Under the pieces are notes generated by a model that saw nothing but the letters and a program-made list of their open reading frames with translations, searched no databases and was not told where the DNA came from. Positions 62,175 to 64,000 of a stretch of DNA of 64,000 bases are shown here, piece by piece (within the stretch, counting starts at the first letter, position 1; every line of letters starts with the position of its first letter). Source of the stretch: Eledone cirrhosa (lineage: Eukaryota); the NCBI GenBank assembly GCA_964016885.1, contig OZ024750.1, positions 21,018,001 to 21,082,000 on the forward strand. The letters are read 5' to 3'. The translations under genes and the position numbers were made by a program.

Positions 62175-62522
62175 AACGCAAAAGCATACATACGTATATA
62201 CATTTGTGTATGCGTTTTGTATATTTGTGTAATAATAGTGTCTACCCAGTGATTGCATGTTACTTTCTAATAGGTTTATTTCAACGAAGCTAAAAATGGA
62301 AAACAAGTAACTTCTGTATAGAGACCAATATATCTATCTGATATCACTACACACGATACTATTAGCTTGAAGCTAAAAGAAGAAAAAAACAGAGACAATT
62401 CTGTTTTTACGTTATTATTTTCCCAAAGGTAAAAAAAAACGAAAATTAGTTTTGGGTTAAAATCGTAACATTTAAAGAGTAACATCAGTGAAATCAGAGC
62501 CACTATCTCTCTCCACTCCCCC

Positions 62523-62644
<122 letters not shown>

Positions 62645-62746
62645 AAATATATATATATATATAAACAAATATATATATATATATAAACAAATATATATAT
62701 ATATATATATAAACAAATATATATATATATATAAACATATATAAAC

Positions 62747-62777
<31 letters not shown>

Positions 62778-62786
62778 AACAAATAT

Positions 62787-62819
<33 letters not shown>

Positions 62820-62837
62820 AACAAATATATATATATA

Positions 62838-62927
<90 letters not shown>

Positions 62928-62948
62928 CAAATATATATATATATATAT

Positions 62949-62988
62949 ACGTTATTCCGGGTTGAATCGGAGGTAACCACAGTAAGTA
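62949..62988 (-). mobile_element. Isolated terminal 40 bp of family B in (TA)n
   Basis: Reverse complement of ~57822-57862. Confidence 0.85.
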
Positions 62989-63406
62989 TATATATATATT
63001 ATAAGTGTGTGTGTGTGTGTCTGTTTCTGTCTGGGTGTCTGAGAAGGTGGTGGAGTTTGTCATAATAGCAGTAACCAGAACAGAAATTCTAGGTGGTAGT
63101 GATCAAAATATTAATTATATATGAGAATTGAATAGAGTGAGTTTGAAAAAGGAACGAAGCAGACTCACACTGATAAATATTAAACACATAAACACATGAA
63201 TATATTATTATACTGGTTGAAATCATTGCACAACATTCATGTGGGAGAGATGCCTTCAAGATTTCAAACGATCATATTAATGCCATTCGTGATTTATTTT
63301 CAATATTGGTTCTCGTATAAATATATACCCACAGCTCCTGCAATACGGACTTGTGGTAAAAATGCAATCACTAAGGATAGAATATACATATATAAATATA
63401 TATACA

Positions 63407-64000
<594 letters not shown>

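Overview
AT-rich, repeat-dominated eukaryotic DNA, probably intronic or intergenic. The host is inferred to be a cephalopod (Octopus-like) from the SINE family and the (TA)n/(TG)n load. No confidently identifiable host gene is present, and most ORF-track entries are translations of microsatellites. The window holds: (i) decayed R4/Dong-type RLE non-LTR retrotransposons in (TAA)n-type repeats; (ii) tRNA-derived SINEs; (iii) three copies of a ~600 bp RTE-derived non-autonomous element; (iv) two Penelope-like (Naiad-type, RT + C-terminal GIY-YIG) ORF remnants. The most striking feature is about 11 unrelated short sequence families carrying complete, decayed or half type I hammerhead ribozymes. 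Most of them sit in (TA)n arrays, and many are fold-back or inverted insertions. Their junctions suggest snap-back or twin-primed reverse transcription. All structures were read by eye; nothing was computed or searched.
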